Counted from the first letter of the stretch, positions 9,606-19,970 are shown. The stretch: DNA of 64,000 nt from Andreprevotia chitinilytica DSM 18519 (GCF_000711875.1 NZ_JONM01000001.1:163934-227933), one strand, 5' to 3'. The notes: generated from the letters alone by a model not told the origin. Translations and numbers: made by a program.

Positions 9606-10376
9606 TCAGGCATCAACCAGCACAGCTACGTTATTCGTGCCGGAGTGTGCCGCGACCGAAAAGAAATATTTCATCTCAACCGTTCTGTCATCGTCACCAC
9701 GCTGAGGCTGATTTGCCGGGTTATCAGCAATGTTGAAATCGTCATTAACAAACCCAAGAAAATAGGCAATCAGTTTTGCATGCGCTGGTTGCAGGCTGCC
9801 GACACCGAAAGCCATATGCAGAATCTGGCTTGAGGTAATTCTTGTCTTCCCCGAAAAGAAACCACCCCATTTCCGCTCCAGCGGCTTGCCGGCTTCATAC
9901 AGTTCTTTGCGGTTGCGGGCGGCATCAATATCGGCGCCGTCGAAGCCAAAATCGGCAATTGCCCGAATGAGCAATTGGCCCGGCGCGGAGTTCAAGTCAT
10001 CAGGAAGTCGCGACAACAACCAACGCTCGGCCTGCGCCGTAATGGGGTAATGAATGCCACCACCACAGCCAAAATCAGCCGAGCGGACATTGGCCGGGCA
10101 GTTGGCGCAGTGGCCGGCCAACGCTTCCAACGGCGCAGCCTCGGCAAGCAAGTCGGCAATTCGCATCTCGGTTTCTTGCGGCCCGTTTGGCCCCAGCACG
10201 ACAGCTTTGAAAGTCCACTCCGATTCCGGTTTGTCCGTGGCGGTCTGTGGATTGTTGCGCATCAAGTCCAGCACTGCGTTGGCTCGATTGCGGGCCTTCT
10301 CCATTCTGAGTAGATCAGCATCGGAGATCGTCTCGCGAACCTTGCAGGGGAACAGACCGTAGTAATCAATTGCCAT
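9606..10376 (-). CDS. hypothetical protein with Cys cluster (CANCPAN..CGGG)
   Basis: ATG confirmed at 10376; no recognisable family. Confidence 0.5.
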   Translation of the reverse strand: MAIDYYGLFPCKVRETISDADLLRMEKARNRANAVLDLMRNNPQTATDKPESEWTFKAVVLGPNGPQETEMRIADLLAEAAPLEALAGHCANCPANVRSADFGCGGGIHYPITAQAERWLLSRLPDDLNSAPGQLLIRAIADFGFDGADIDAARNRKELYEAGKPLERKWGGFFSGKTRITSSQILHMAFGVGSLQPAHAKLIAYFLGFVNDDFNIADNPANQPQRGDDDRTVEMKYFFSVAAHSGTNNVAVLVDA

Positions 10377-10656
10377 TGAAAATCCTTTGTAACGATCAGG
10401 GAAGGGTAGTCGATGCCTAATGTATTAGAGGGGGGCGATTGTGGATAGCCCAGCCCGTAGGGCGTAATCCCCGCAGGGCATTGCGCCGCGTTATTGCCTG
10501 GAATAAAAATGGCTGATTGGCTACCCAGAGGGCCGATCATTCTGCCATGCGAAGCATATACTTGATGCCCCAATTGACGGTAATGAAGTCGCCTTTGCCT
10601 TTCATTACGATGATCGAGCTGCGGCGCAATGCCCTGCGGGGATTGCGCCCTACGAG

Positions 10657-11043
10657 TTATGGGCTTTCTGCAAAATTCAGCTCGACCCCATTGCCTGCCG
10701 GGTCAGAGCAGAATATTTGATGTTGACCAGTTAACGGTACAAGGCCACTTTGGTAGCTGATATTGAATTCACTTAAACGAGTTTCAAATGCTGGTAAGTC
10801 AGTGCATGAAAATGCGACATGATCGAATGTGTTGAGCATATTTATCAGACGCTTTTCATCTGGTCCCGCTTCAGTAAGGTGAAGTACATCTTGGTGTCCG
10901 ATATAGAGCCAATAGCCGAAGCTACTGAACGGCGGCCGATAGCCAAGGTGCAAGCCAATTATATTCACGTAGAAATCGCAGAGCACATCAAGCATCGGGC
11001 GGTCTGCGCGAAGGTTGTAGTGATTGAATCCGGTAATGGGCAT
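10657..11043 (-). CDS. VOC-family (glyoxalase/bleomycin-resistance/dioxygenase) protein
   Basis: ATG at 11043; 128 aa with paired beta-alpha-beta-beta-beta modules typical of VOC fold (HYNLRAD.., HVAFSCTD..). Confidence 0.6.
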   Translation of the reverse strand: MPITGFNHYNLRADRPMLDVLCDFYVNIIGLHLGYRPPFSSFGYWLYIGHQDVLHLTEAGPDEKRLINMLNTFDHVAFSCTDLPAFETRLSEFNISYQSGLVPLTGQHQIFCSDPAGNGVELNFAESP

Positions 11044-11051
11044 GGCGTGAT

Positions 11052-11849
11052 TTAGGTCGCTTGGTCATCTTCGGGAAGGTAGAACCAATCCCGGTTTAGA
11101 TCATCCGATTGAAGAGATTGCTCATCAATGATTAGATCAAAAGGCAAAACGCCCTGTTTTGCAAGAAGGGTATATGCCTCTAACGCATACTTGTGCGCAT
11201 AATCTTCTTTCTCTGTTCGAGTTTTTTGATCCCATTCATCTTCGGTACTGCGCTGGTAGTCGACATGATGCCCGAGCTCATGCAGTAGTGTGCGATACAA
11301 GGCAGTGTTGCGTAATGAAGTCGGCGTCACGCGGATTTCCAGACCTCGTCGCGTATTGCGAACTTCGTGTCCATCTCGACGTAACCGTTCAAGCTCGCGA
11401 GTCAGTTCAGGATCGATTGATTTTCCCCATCCAATTGGACTAAGGTCTTGCGCCTCAATAACAATTGCCGGGCCGCTGTATTGATTGATATCGAAGAAAA
11501 AAATTGCACGTCCCCAAACAGGACTCAGGATGCGCTGCTTGCGAGTCGGCTGGCGCATAACGATGAGATCAAATGCAGCAAGCGCTTCAGGAGGGCAATG
11601 CGACAGTACCTTGCAAATGTCGTCTACGGTACATGGATAAAACCAATCGGGCTTCGTTGGCTCGATGAAGAAATGGAAATCACGCTCAGCAATTGTGCGA
11701 GTAATCACTTTGAACGCGTTTAGGTTCTCATAGAATCGTTTAGGTTGATGCCATGATTCAGGAATGGTCAGCTTATTGTTTGATCCATACCCTTGCGCTT
11801 TCGTGCCAATATTCCTGTTTCTGCGAGTTGGGTTCCAGCCTGGGCGCAT
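11052..11849 (-). CDS. HExxH-motif protein (putative zinc metallopeptidase-like), function unknown
   Basis: ATG at 11849 chosen because the longer TTG ORF (to 12245) overlaps upstream gene end; LLHELGHHVDY motif. Confidence 0.5.
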   Translation of the reverse strand: MRPGWNPTRRNRNIGTKAQGYGSNNKLTIPESWHQPKRFYENLNAFKVITRTIAERDFHFFIEPTKPDWFYPCTVDDICKVLSHCPPEALAAFDLIVMRQPTRKQRILSPVWGRAIFFFDINQYSGPAIVIEAQDLSPIGWGKSIDPELTRELERLRRDGHEVRNTRRGLEIRVTPTSLRNTALYRTLLHELGHHVDYQRSTEDEWDQKTRTEKEDYAHKYALEAYTLLAKQGVLPFDLIIDEQSLQSDDLNRDWFYLPEDDQAT

Positions 11850-12040
11850 GTGGTTATCCAGAAATTTGGTTACTGATTCATTTTGTCCGCTTGGGACTGG
11901 CGATGCGTTATGAATGCGAGTCAGGTGAAGAGCGGCAATCAGCTTCGATTCAATGGTATGCAATATACGGGAGTCTCCGGGCAAAACAAAACCGCTCCCG
12001 AATTCGGGAGCGGTTCTGCCACCAAGCTGCAGTGCCTGCC

Positions 12041-13801
12041 TTACCAGCCCAGGTAGTAAGTCCGATTCAGCCAGCTTGGCCACGCCATATCGAACCATTC
12101 TTGCAACATCAGTTCGGTGACGCAGAACGCGCCTTCCACCCAGCCTTGCGCATCGGAATAGGCCTCGCCGGTGATATGGATGCTCTCCGTCGGTTTGGGG
12201 CGGCGCATGTACGGCATGATGTCTTTCACCGACACGTGCGCGCACCAGGCGTGGTAGCCGCCGCCGTACGGGTCTTCGGTCCAGTCTTGCAGGCGGGCGA
12301 TGTAGGGGTCGGGAATCTGGTTTTGCGGGCCGTGCAGTTCACGCACTTGTCGCATGGCTTCTTCCACCATGGCCTTGGGCACCGGGTCGCCCGGCAGGCG
12401 GGTTTGGCCGTGCCAGCTGGTGATTTGCGCTTGCGAGACCAGCCGGGTGGGGCGGGTTTCGTAGGTGGCGAGTGTGGCGCGGTTGCGCATCAGCACTTGC
12501 CAGAACGGCACGGTGCGCATGTCGTTGTAGCTGGAGAGGAACAGCGAGTGGCTGTTCTTGGGGTCGACGCCGAAGTAGTAGCACTGCCGCATCGGCAGAT
12601 CGGTGACGGATTCGCCGGAGGTCGCACCGAAGTCTTCTGTCCACCACGGTTCATCGAAGCCCATCAGCAGCTTGAACGACGGCTCCATGATCACCGAGGC
12701 GATGTTCTTCTGCAGTTCCCTGGCGGTTTCCTTGTGGAAGAAGAAGTTCTGCTGGTCCAGCAGTTCCAGCGAGCGGCGCGGCATGGCCAGTACGATGGTG
12801 TTGGCGCGTACGTGCCAGTGATATTTGCCCTGCTCGTTCCAGAAGGTGAGCTGGTAACGGTAGCCGGTGTCGTCCGCGCGTGTGAAGGTTTCCAGGCGGT
12901 TTTCCAGCCACAGTTGCGAGCCGGATAGTCCGGTATAAGCCTGCGCCAGCGCGTAGGCGATCTGGTCGTAGCCATCCTTGATGGTGCGGTATTCGGTGCC
13001 GGCGTTGGAGAAGTCCCCGACCATGTACGGGAAGGCTTCGGCGGCGTTCCAGTTGATGGTGTTGGAGTAATAGCCGCCAGCATCGGCGAGGAAATCATAG
13101 GCATCCTGGCCGACCCGGTCGTTGATCAGGTTCCAGAAACCGATGTTGTTGACCTTCATGCCGTTGAACGGGCTGTCGGCAAAACAGTAGGTCAGCTCGG
13201 GCTTGATCTCATTCCATTGCCGGCTGGTGAGGCGGAAGTTGTAGATGTATTCGCCATCCTTTTGCACGAAGGACGAATAGTTCTCGGCGAACCACGGGTC
13301 GGCCATCAGCACGTCGTAAACGATCTTGTTGAAGAGCTGATCCGGGCTGAAGCCGTCCTGCCCCGGCTTGAAGGTGTAGCGCACCGGGAATTTCTCGCCC
13401 TTGGCCTGGGCATCGGTCCACGCATCGGCGTGGAAGCGCTGGCAGCGCAGGTAGAAATACAGATCGGCCGGATCACCCATCGGGAAGTCGTCGTAGGGGA
13501 GCTTGAAGACGTTCTGGATCAGCGAGGTGACCATTTCCTGCGAGGTCATGTAGCGCATGCCGCCCAGCTCGCCGATCACATCCATGCCCGGCAGTTTGAT
13601 CGACAGCAGCCGCCCGCCGATCCGGTCGGCCAGATCGAATACGTGCACGCTGGCAGGGCGTTGGCCGTCCGGTTTGAACTCGCCGCCGAGCAGCCGCCAG
13701 CCGGTGTACAGGCCGGATACGCCTGCGCCGATCACGGCGACGTCGATTTCCAGATTCGGCTGGCTGCCGGTGCTGTGAGGGATGTCGTTGAGCGTGATCA
13801 T
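12041..13801 (-). CDS. flavin-containing amine oxidase family protein (L-amino-acid/tryptophan-oxidase-like)
   Basis: ATG at 13801 (MITLNDIP); dinucleotide fold VAVIGAGVSGLYTGWRL, RIGGRLLS, GELGGMRY motifs. Confidence 0.7.
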   Translation of the reverse strand: MITLNDIPHSTGSQPNLEIDVAVIGAGVSGLYTGWRLLGGEFKPDGQRPASVHVFDLADRIGGRLLSIKLPGMDVIGELGGMRYMTSQEMVTSLIQNVFKLPYDDFPMGDPADLYFYLRCQRFHADAWTDAQAKGEKFPVRYTFKPGQDGFSPDQLFNKIVYDVLMADPWFAENYSSFVQKDGEYIYNFRLTSRQWNEIKPELTYCFADSPFNGMKVNNIGFWNLINDRVGQDAYDFLADAGGYYSNTINWNAAEAFPYMVGDFSNAGTEYRTIKDGYDQIAYALAQAYTGLSGSQLWLENRLETFTRADDTGYRYQLTFWNEQGKYHWHVRANTIVLAMPRRSLELLDQQNFFFHKETARELQKNIASVIMEPSFKLLMGFDEPWWTEDFGATSGESVTDLPMRQCYYFGVDPKNSHSLFLSSYNDMRTVPFWQVLMRNRATLATYETRPTRLVSQAQITSWHGQTRLPGDPVPKAMVEEAMRQVRELHGPQNQIPDPYIARLQDWTEDPYGGGYHAWCAHVSVKDIMPYMRRPKPTESIHITGEAYSDAQGWVEGAFCVTELMLQEWFDMAWPSWLNRTYYLGW

Positions 13802-15000
13802 TTGCGTTCTCCGGTTGCGGTGATGTCGGATGGCGGGATTGCGAATGGGGCGATGGGGTAGGCGGTCTGGCCGGTGAGGGCGAGCTGCACGCAAATCTTG
13901 CCGAGCAGCGGCACCAGCTTGGCGGCCCAGCCGGTGGTGAACAGCACGATGTTCGGATAGCCCGGCAGGGTATCGAGGATGAATTGCTGGTCGCCGGCCG
14001 GCAGCGCGACCATGCAGGACGAGGTGAAGTCCGGCTCGGGTGAGAGGCCGCTCATATGGTTGGCCACCCAGGCGCTGGTGCCGGCGAAATCCTCCGGCGT
14101 CGGCGGTACGCGCTGGCTGGGTTCATCGATGATCTGGTACGGATAATCCGGCGCGACGCGGATATAGCCGGGGTGCGACCAGTCGGCCTCCGGGAAGCCG
14201 TAATAGAGGTTGGCATTGGCGGCGTTGGCTTTCTGGAAGGCGAACCAGGTCGGGTAATCGATATCGGCGCGGGTCTTGCGGAAGTAGGCCGACACCATGT
14301 TCCAGATCGACAGGTTGATCTGCACGCCAAGCGGCTCCAGCAAGGTGTTGGCATATGCGCCGGTGGTCAGCACCAGCTTCTTGCCGTGATAAGTGCCTTG
14401 ATCGGTGATGACGGTGACTTCTTTGCCGTCCGATTCGATCTTGAGGACTTTGTGATGCGCTTTCAGGTGCACGCCGTGGTTGTGGGCGATGTTGAACATG
14501 GCTTGCAGGGTGGCCGGCACGTTGATGATGCCGCCACCGGGCTGGAAGAAACCGCTGTAATTGCCGGGCAGATTGCGAAAGCCGTACCACTCTTCCAGCT
14601 CGCGACAGTTGAGCCGCTGGAAGGGCACGCCCAGGCGGGTCATGGTTTCCATCGCCGGCTTGATGCCGCCTTCCGTCGTGGGCGTATCAGGGTCGCCAAA
14701 CCAGAGACAGCCGACATTGGGGATCAGCTCGGTGACGGTCTGCTTTTGCAGCATGGCCCACTCCGGCACCGCCGCCATCACCAGCTGCGTCATGTATTCC
14801 TCGGAATACTGAAAGCGGAATTGCCGCGATGCGCCGGCCGTGCTGCCGCGCTGGTTGAAAAAGGCGTCTTGCTCCAGCACCAGCACTTTTTCGCCGTCCA
14901 GTACCGGATGCCCGCCGTACGGGCTGACCGCGTTATAGGCCGTGGATAGGCCAATCAAGCCGCCACCGACGACGATTAAATCATATGAAGCCATGTCCAT
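13798..15000 (-). CDS. FAD-dependent oxidoreductase, monomeric sarcosine oxidase / N-methyltryptophan oxidase-like (DAO family)
   Basis: ATG at 15000 with GAGGA RBS (MDMASYDLIVVGGGLIG); YYGFPE motif as in MSOX/MTOX; stop overlaps downstream start (ATGA). Confidence 0.65.
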   Translation of the reverse strand: MDMASYDLIVVGGGLIGLSTAYNAVSPYGGHPVLDGEKVLVLEQDAFFNQRGSTAGASRQFRFQYSEEYMTQLVMAAVPEWAMLQKQTVTELIPNVGCLWFGDPDTPTTEGGIKPAMETMTRLGVPFQRLNCRELEEWYGFRNLPGNYSGFFQPGGGIINVPATLQAMFNIAHNHGVHLKAHHKVLKIESDGKEVTVITDQGTYHGKKLVLTTGAYANTLLEPLGVQINLSIWNMVSAYFRKTRADIDYPTWFAFQKANAANANLYYGFPEADWSHPGYIRVAPDYPYQIIDEPSQRVPPTPEDFAGTSAWVANHMSGLSPEPDFTSSCMVALPAGDQQFILDTLPGYPNIVLFTTGWAAKLVPLLGKICVQLALTGQTAYPIAPFAIPPSDITATGERK

Positions 15001-15236
15001 TCCTCTGTCTGTTTTGGTTCTGGATTCGCTCTCGGCAAACGTACTTGTTTGGGAAAGCACTTACTCGCTCCGAAGCAAAACTTAGTTTGGATATGAACCC
15101 ATTTCAAACTGTTTTAGAAAGAAATATTTATTAAATAAGAAAGAAATTGATAATAAATTCACTTACTAAGCTGACAATTTTGTGTGTTATTTTGCTCGGC
15201 AAAGCACATCGGCCAATCAGCGAAGGCGGCACAAAG

Positions 15237-16181
15237 ATGAAAATCCTCTACACCCTCTTGCTCACCCTGACGGTTGTGCTGGGCACCAGTCACGCCGCGC
15301 TTGCTTGCACGGTGCCGCCGCCGCTGCAATCGATCGATCCGCCCGGCTTTTACGACGACCCCGCCGGCTACGAGCAGGCGGTGAAGCCCATGCGTGCTTT
15401 CATCGATCAACTCAACAAGGCGGCAGATGCCAGGCAGTGGACTTGCGTACTCGACCTGCTGGAAGGTTGGGCACGCGCCGATGCTTTGATGGGGCCGATC
15501 AGCGGATATCAGGGCTACTACGAGCGCTCCTGGGCCGGGACGGATTTCGCGTTCGTGCTGTTACGTCTGCTTAAAGACGGGCAAGGGGAGGGCGCGAATC
15601 GCCTTGCTGCCATCACCCCGTGGCTGACCCGCATCGCCATCGCAACGCGTGATGCCGATGCCATCAACCATTTGCACAACAATCTGGTCTACTGGGCCGG
15701 GCTGAATCTGGTCGCGATCGGTACGGTGGCGCAGCAGCAGGATCTGATCGACGCCGGAATTGCACGGGCGCGTGAAGGGATTCACGACATCGGCCCGCAT
15801 GGCGAATTGCAACGGGAACTCAAGCGCGGCGAACGGGCGCTGCACTATCACGTCTTCTCATTGCTGCCACTGGTTTTCACGGCTGAATTGGTGCAGCGGC
15901 AAGGCATCGATCTCTATGCCGAGAATCAAAATGCCATCGGCCGTCTGGCCAATCTGGTGATCAATGCGGTGCAGAACCCGGCCAGCTTTGCAACGGTCTC
16001 GCCGGTCGCGCAGACGCTGTTCCCCTGGACATTTCAAGATGAACTCGCGTGGGTGGAGCCCTATTACACGCGTACCGGCGACAGCCGCTTGCCGCCGCTC
16101 ATGGCACCGCGCCGCCCTTTTAGCGAATGGCGGCTTGGCGGCAATGTCACTGCGGCTTGGGGCGGCACCTTGCCGCATTGA
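15237..16181 (+). CDS. polysaccharide lyase family 5 (AlgL-like alginate lyase) periplasmic protein
   Basis: ATG at 15237 with signal peptide; HNNLVYWAGL matches PL5 NNHSYW catalytic motif. Confidence 0.65.
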   Translation: MKILYTLLLTLTVVLGTSHAALACTVPPPLQSIDPPGFYDDPAGYEQAVKPMRAFIDQLNKAADARQWTCVLDLLEGWARADALMGPISGYQGYYERSWAGTDFAFVLLRLLKDGQGEGANRLAAITPWLTRIAIATRDADAINHLHNNLVYWAGLNLVAIGTVAQQQDLIDAGIARAREGIHDIGPHGELQRELKRGERALHYHVFSLLPLVFTAELVQRQGIDLYAENQNAIGRLANLVINAVQNPASFATVSPVAQTLFPWTFQDELAWVEPYYTRTGDSRLPPLMAPRRPFSEWRLGGNVTAAWGGTLPH

Positions 16182-16296
16182 CTCGATGTTGATTGCACAA
16201 CGCGCCGCTTGAAGTGGTGGTGCATCACTGCAATGTATCTGGCCTTCGGTGGTCACCGGATTTGCACATTCACCGGCACATTCAACAGGAGCATCC

Positions 16297-16794
16297 ATGT
16301 CCCGCTACGAACTCGCCCAACTGAACATCGCCATCATGAAAGAACCGCTGGATTCGCCGGTCATGGCGGATTTCGTGGCGAACCTCGACCGCATCAACGC
16401 GTTGGCGGAAGCATCACCCGGCTTTGTGTGGCGTTTGCAATCCGATGAGGGTGATGCCACTGCGCTACGACCGATGGGCGACAGCACACTGGTCAATATG
16501 TCGGTATGGCAGGATGTGGCCTCGCTCAACGAGTACGTCTACAAGTCGGCCCACGTCGAAATCCTGCGGCGGCGCAAGGAGTGGTTCGAGCGTGTGGCTG
16601 AGGCGGTCTTCGTGTTGTGGTGGGTGCCCAAGGGCCATCGACCGGATGTGGCAGAGGCAGAAGCCAAACTGATGCAATTGCGCGAACACGGCCCGAGTGC
16701 GGCGGCGTTCACCTTCCGCCATGCATTCCCGGCCCCGGATGCCGAGCCAAGCGATGCGCCGATTGAACTTGGCGATGTTTGCCCGGCTGCTTGA
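16297..16794 (+). CDS. DUF3291-like protein
   Basis: ATG at 16297; 165 aa MSRYELAQLNIAIMKEPLDSPVMADFVANLD.. typical DUF3291 start. Confidence 0.5.
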   Translation: MSRYELAQLNIAIMKEPLDSPVMADFVANLDRINALAEASPGFVWRLQSDEGDATALRPMGDSTLVNMSVWQDVASLNEYVYKSAHVEILRRRKEWFERVAEAVFVLWWVPKGHRPDVAEAEAKLMQLREHGPSAAAFTFRHAFPAPDAEPSDAPIELGDVCPAA

Positions 16795-16813
16795 GTGTTG
16801 CGTCGATAGATCG

Positions 16814-17803
16814 CTATTGCTTCACCCGCTTGGTCTTGCTCTTCCATTTGCCATTGACCAGCGTTTCTTCGGTCACGACCACGGTGTCTCCGTCGCCATT
16901 GCGCATGTCCTCAATCCGGCGGGCGACGGCGACCGGCTCATTATTGACGACCGCGTATTCGGTGAATTCGTGATAGCAGCAGCCGTCCTTGGCCATGGTG
17001 GCCAAGCGCTTGCGCTTGGGGTCGACCTGGAAAAACCCCAGCGTGGATTCAATCAAACTACTGAACGAATCGTTGTATTCAAATTTCTTCGTTTTGGTCG
17101 AGAACAGATAAACGTCGTAACTCGGGCCGCTATATGAGCCGTTATTGCCGTTCTGGATCGCGATATCTTCCTGTCCGTCGAAATTGAAATCGCCGACATT
17201 GATCACGCCTTGGTAGTCATACATCGCAGCGCTATTGGTCAATGGCTGTTTCGATTTGGAAAAGCTGACGTAGATGTTGTCCATATTGATGGTTTGCAGT
17301 GGCGATTTACCGCCCTTGGCATAAATCTGCACCTGTCCGGGGCCTTCGCACGTGCCGTCGTCCGCTTGGGTGGGCGGATCGCATTTATCTCGCATCCTCA
17401 ACACGAAATCGTATTGTTTCGAGGCGTTGCCGATATTGAATTTCGAGCCGGTATAGGTCGTACCGGTTGCCAGGGCGACGCTCGTGTTATCGAGTTCCTT
17501 GATCCGCTCTGTATAGCGGCCCTTCAGGCAATCGATGCCATTGCGGCATTCATTGCTTAAATCCTTCAACCAGGCTCGCTGACCGGCCCTGAGCTTGGCG
17601 GGGCTATCGCCAGCCCGTGTCAGCGCTTGCTTGTAGGCGTGGGTCAACTGTTCGTCCAGTGCGGAAAGCGTTTTATCGGCACAGATGGCTTTCTCGGTCG
17701 GGGTGGCGGCCTTGTTGCAATCAAAACTGGCTGCGTGGGCGGCAAACCCGGCTGAGAATATCCCGGCTGCGAAAACAACGAGACCTGCAAGCAATGGCTT
17801 CAA
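16814..17803 (-). CDS. secreted protein with N-terminal LprI-like (DUF1311, lysozyme-inhibitor-like) domain
   Basis: TTG start (no in-frame ATG); signal peptide; FDCNKAATPTEKAICADKTLSALDEQLTHAYKQAL...AGQRAWLK DUF1311 pattern. Confidence 0.55.
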   Translation of the reverse strand: MKPLLAGLVVFAAGIFSAGFAAHAASFDCNKAATPTEKAICADKTLSALDEQLTHAYKQALTRAGDSPAKLRAGQRAWLKDLSNECRNGIDCLKGRYTERIKELDNTSVALATGTTYTGSKFNIGNASKQYDFVLRMRDKCDPPTQADDGTCEGPGQVQIYAKGGKSPLQTINMDNIYVSFSKSKQPLTNSAAMYDYQGVINVGDFNFDGQEDIAIQNGNNGSYSGPSYDVYLFSTKTKKFEYNDSFSSLIESTLGFFQVDPKRKRLATMAKDGCCYHEFTEYAVVNNEPVAVARRIEDMRNGDGDTVVVTEETLVNGKWKSKTKRVKQ

Positions 17804-18048
17804 TTCATTCCCCGATTGGTATTGGCATTTGCCAACGGTGTTTATTGTTCTGCATCTTAGGTTAAGACCGGCTGAAGCTGTCGCTTGTTTTACAAGTTGT
17901 TTGTGTTGGTTGGGCAGATGAAAGGCATGGTGAAAAAATATGGATACACCCGGTTACATACTGCAACGTTACGTGCGCCGCACCTTGAAAACCCACTCCC
18001 ATACTGCAGCTACACGCTCATGGAAGCGCGGATTCCAGGAGAAACACC

Positions 18049-18267
18049 ATGCTTAAAGTTGTATCTGTAGCGGTCGCAACCGTATTTGCTGCGACATCGC
18101 TCTTTGCGATGGGTGATAACGCGATGGGTGGCGGCGATAAGGCACCAAATCCGGATGCGCCACCGGCGAAAACACACATGAAAAAGGCCAAGATGCACAA
18201 GATGCACAAGCCGATGGCCTCTTCGCCCGTCACGCAAAAAGCGCCGGAGAATCCGGATAAGAAGTAG
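18049..18267 (+). CDS. small secreted Lys/His/Met-rich protein
   Basis: AGGAG RBS + ATG 18049, signal peptide, followed by rho-independent terminator. Confidence 0.5.
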   Translation: MLKVVSVAVATVFAATSLFAMGDNAMGGGDKAPNPDAPPAKTHMKKAKMHKMHKPMASSPVTQKAPENPDKK

Positions 18268-18288
18268 CCGGGGTCGGTCACGCTCCGG

Positions 18289-18322
18289 CATCACTAAAAA
18301 CCCCGCTTGCAAACGCGGGGTT
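18289..18322 (+). terminator. rho-independent terminator
   Basis: aaaaaccccgcttgcaaacgcggggttttgtttt. Confidence 0.8.
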
Positions 18323-18350
18323 TTGTTTTATGCCGTTTGAGCGGGGCTGA

Positions 18351-19970
18351 TCAACTCGTCCCCAACACCTGCTGTGCCAGCGCTTCCGCCACCTTGATGC
18401 CATCCACGCCCGCCGAAAGAATCCCGCCTGCGTAACCCGCACCTTCACCCGCCGGGAACAGCCCGCGCACGTTCAAGCTTTGGCAATCTTCGCCACGTGT
18501 AATACGCAATGGCGATGAGGTTCGCGTTTCCACACCGGTGAGCACCGCATCGTGCATCGCAAAGCCCTTGATCTGGCGATCGAAGGCCGGGAAGGCTTCG
18601 CGCATGGCGGTGATGGCGTATTCCGGCAGGCTGGGGGCCAGACTGCCGAGCTTCACGCCCGGTTTGTACGACGGTTCGACCGAGCCGAGTTGGGTCGAGG
18701 GTTTGCCGGCCACGAAATCGCCAACCAGCTGGCCCGGCGCTTCATAAGTGCCGCCGCCCAGTTCGAACGCCTTCGATTCCAGCGCACGCTGGAAAGCGAT
18801 GCCGGCCAGCGGGCCACCGGGGTAATCGGCCGGCGTGATGCCGACCACGATGCCGGCGTTGGCGTTGCGCTCATTCCGCGAGTACTGGCTCATGCCGTTG
18901 GTGACGACGCGGTTTTCTTCGGATGTCGCGGCGACCACCGTGCCGCCCGGGCACATGCAGAAGCTGTACACCGAGCGGCCATTGGCGGCGTGGTGCACCA
19001 GCTTGTAATCGGCGGCGCCCAGCAGCGGGTGGCCGGCATATTTGCCGAGCCGCGCCCGGTCGATCAGTGATTGCGGGTGCTCGACGCGGAAACCGATCGA
19101 GAACGGTTTGGCCTCCAGAAACACGCCGCGCTCGTGCAGCATCTCGAAGGTATCGCGGGCGCTATGGCCCAGCGCCAATACCACGTGATCGCTGCGCAGT
19201 GCTTCACCACTGGCGAGCTTCACGCCGCGTACTTGCTTGTGGCCGTCTGAGCCGTCTTCCAGCAGCAAGTCCGTCACGCGTTGCTGAAAGCGGATTTCGC
19301 CGCCCAGCGATTCGATCTCGGCGCGCATGGTTTCCACCATGCCCACCAAGCGGAAGGTGCCGATGTGCGGCTTGCTCACGTAGAGGATTTCTTCCGGCGC
19401 GCCGGCCTTCACGAATTCGGTCAGCACTTTGCGGCCGAGGTGCTTGGGGTCTTTGATCTGGCTGTAGAGCTTGCCATCCGAGAACGTACCCGCGCCGCCT
19501 TCGCCGAATTGCACGTTCGATTCCGGGTTGAGGATGTTCTTGCGCCACAGGCCCCAAGTGTCTTTGGTGCGCTCGCGCACTTCCTTGCCGCGCTCCAGCA
19601 CGATCGGGCGGAAGCCCATTTGCGCCAGGATCAGCGCGGCGAAGATGCCGCACGGGCCGAAGCCGATGACGATGGGGCGGTGCGGCAGGTTGGCCGGAGC
19701 CTGGCCGACGAAGTGGTAGCCGGTATCCGGCGTGGGCATCACATTGCGGTCGTCGGCGAATTTTTTCAGCAGGCCGGCTTCGTTTTTCACGTCCAGATCG
19801 AGCGTGTAGATCAGCAGCATCGGTTTGCCCTTGCGGGCATCGTAACTGCGCTTGAATACCGTACAGCCCAGCAGGTCGGCGGCCGGAATGCGCAGCTTTT
19901 GCAAGATGGCGGCGGTGAGTTCTTCCGGAGTGTGATCGAGCGGCAGGCGCAGTTCGGTGATTCGCAACAT
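18351..19970 (-). CDS. FAD-dependent dehydrogenase (COG2509-type NAD(FAD)-utilising dehydrogenase)
   Basis: ATG at 19970; IVIGFGPCGIFAALILA dinucleotide fold, 539 aa. Confidence 0.7.
   Translation of the reverse strand: MLRITELRLPLDHTPEELTAAILQKLRIPAADLLGCTVFKRSYDARKGKPMLLIYTLDLDVKNEAGLLKKFADDRNVMPTPDTGYHFVGQAPANLPHRPIVIGFGPCGIFAALILAQMGFRPIVLERGKEVRERTKDTWGLWRKNILNPESNVQFGEGGAGTFSDGKLYSQIKDPKHLGRKVLTEFVKAGAPEEILYVSKPHIGTFRLVGMVETMRAEIESLGGEIRFQQRVTDLLLEDGSDGHKQVRGVKLASGEALRSDHVVLALGHSARDTFEMLHERGVFLEAKPFSIGFRVEHPQSLIDRARLGKYAGHPLLGAADYKLVHHAANGRSVYSFCMCPGGTVVAATSEENRVVTNGMSQYSRNERNANAGIVVGITPADYPGGPLAGIAFQRALESKAFELGGGTYEAPGQLVGDFVAGKPSTQLGSVEPSYKPGVKLGSLAPSLPEYAITAMREAFPAFDRQIKGFAMHDAVLTGVETRTSSPLRITRGEDCQSLNVRGLFPAGEGAGYAGGILSAGVDGIKVAEALAQQVLGTS

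Noticed and set aside
11753-12928. 391-aa plus-strand ORF across the intergenic region and into the amine-oxidase gene
   Set aside because: Antisense to the amine-oxidase gene over most of its length; no homology-like features.
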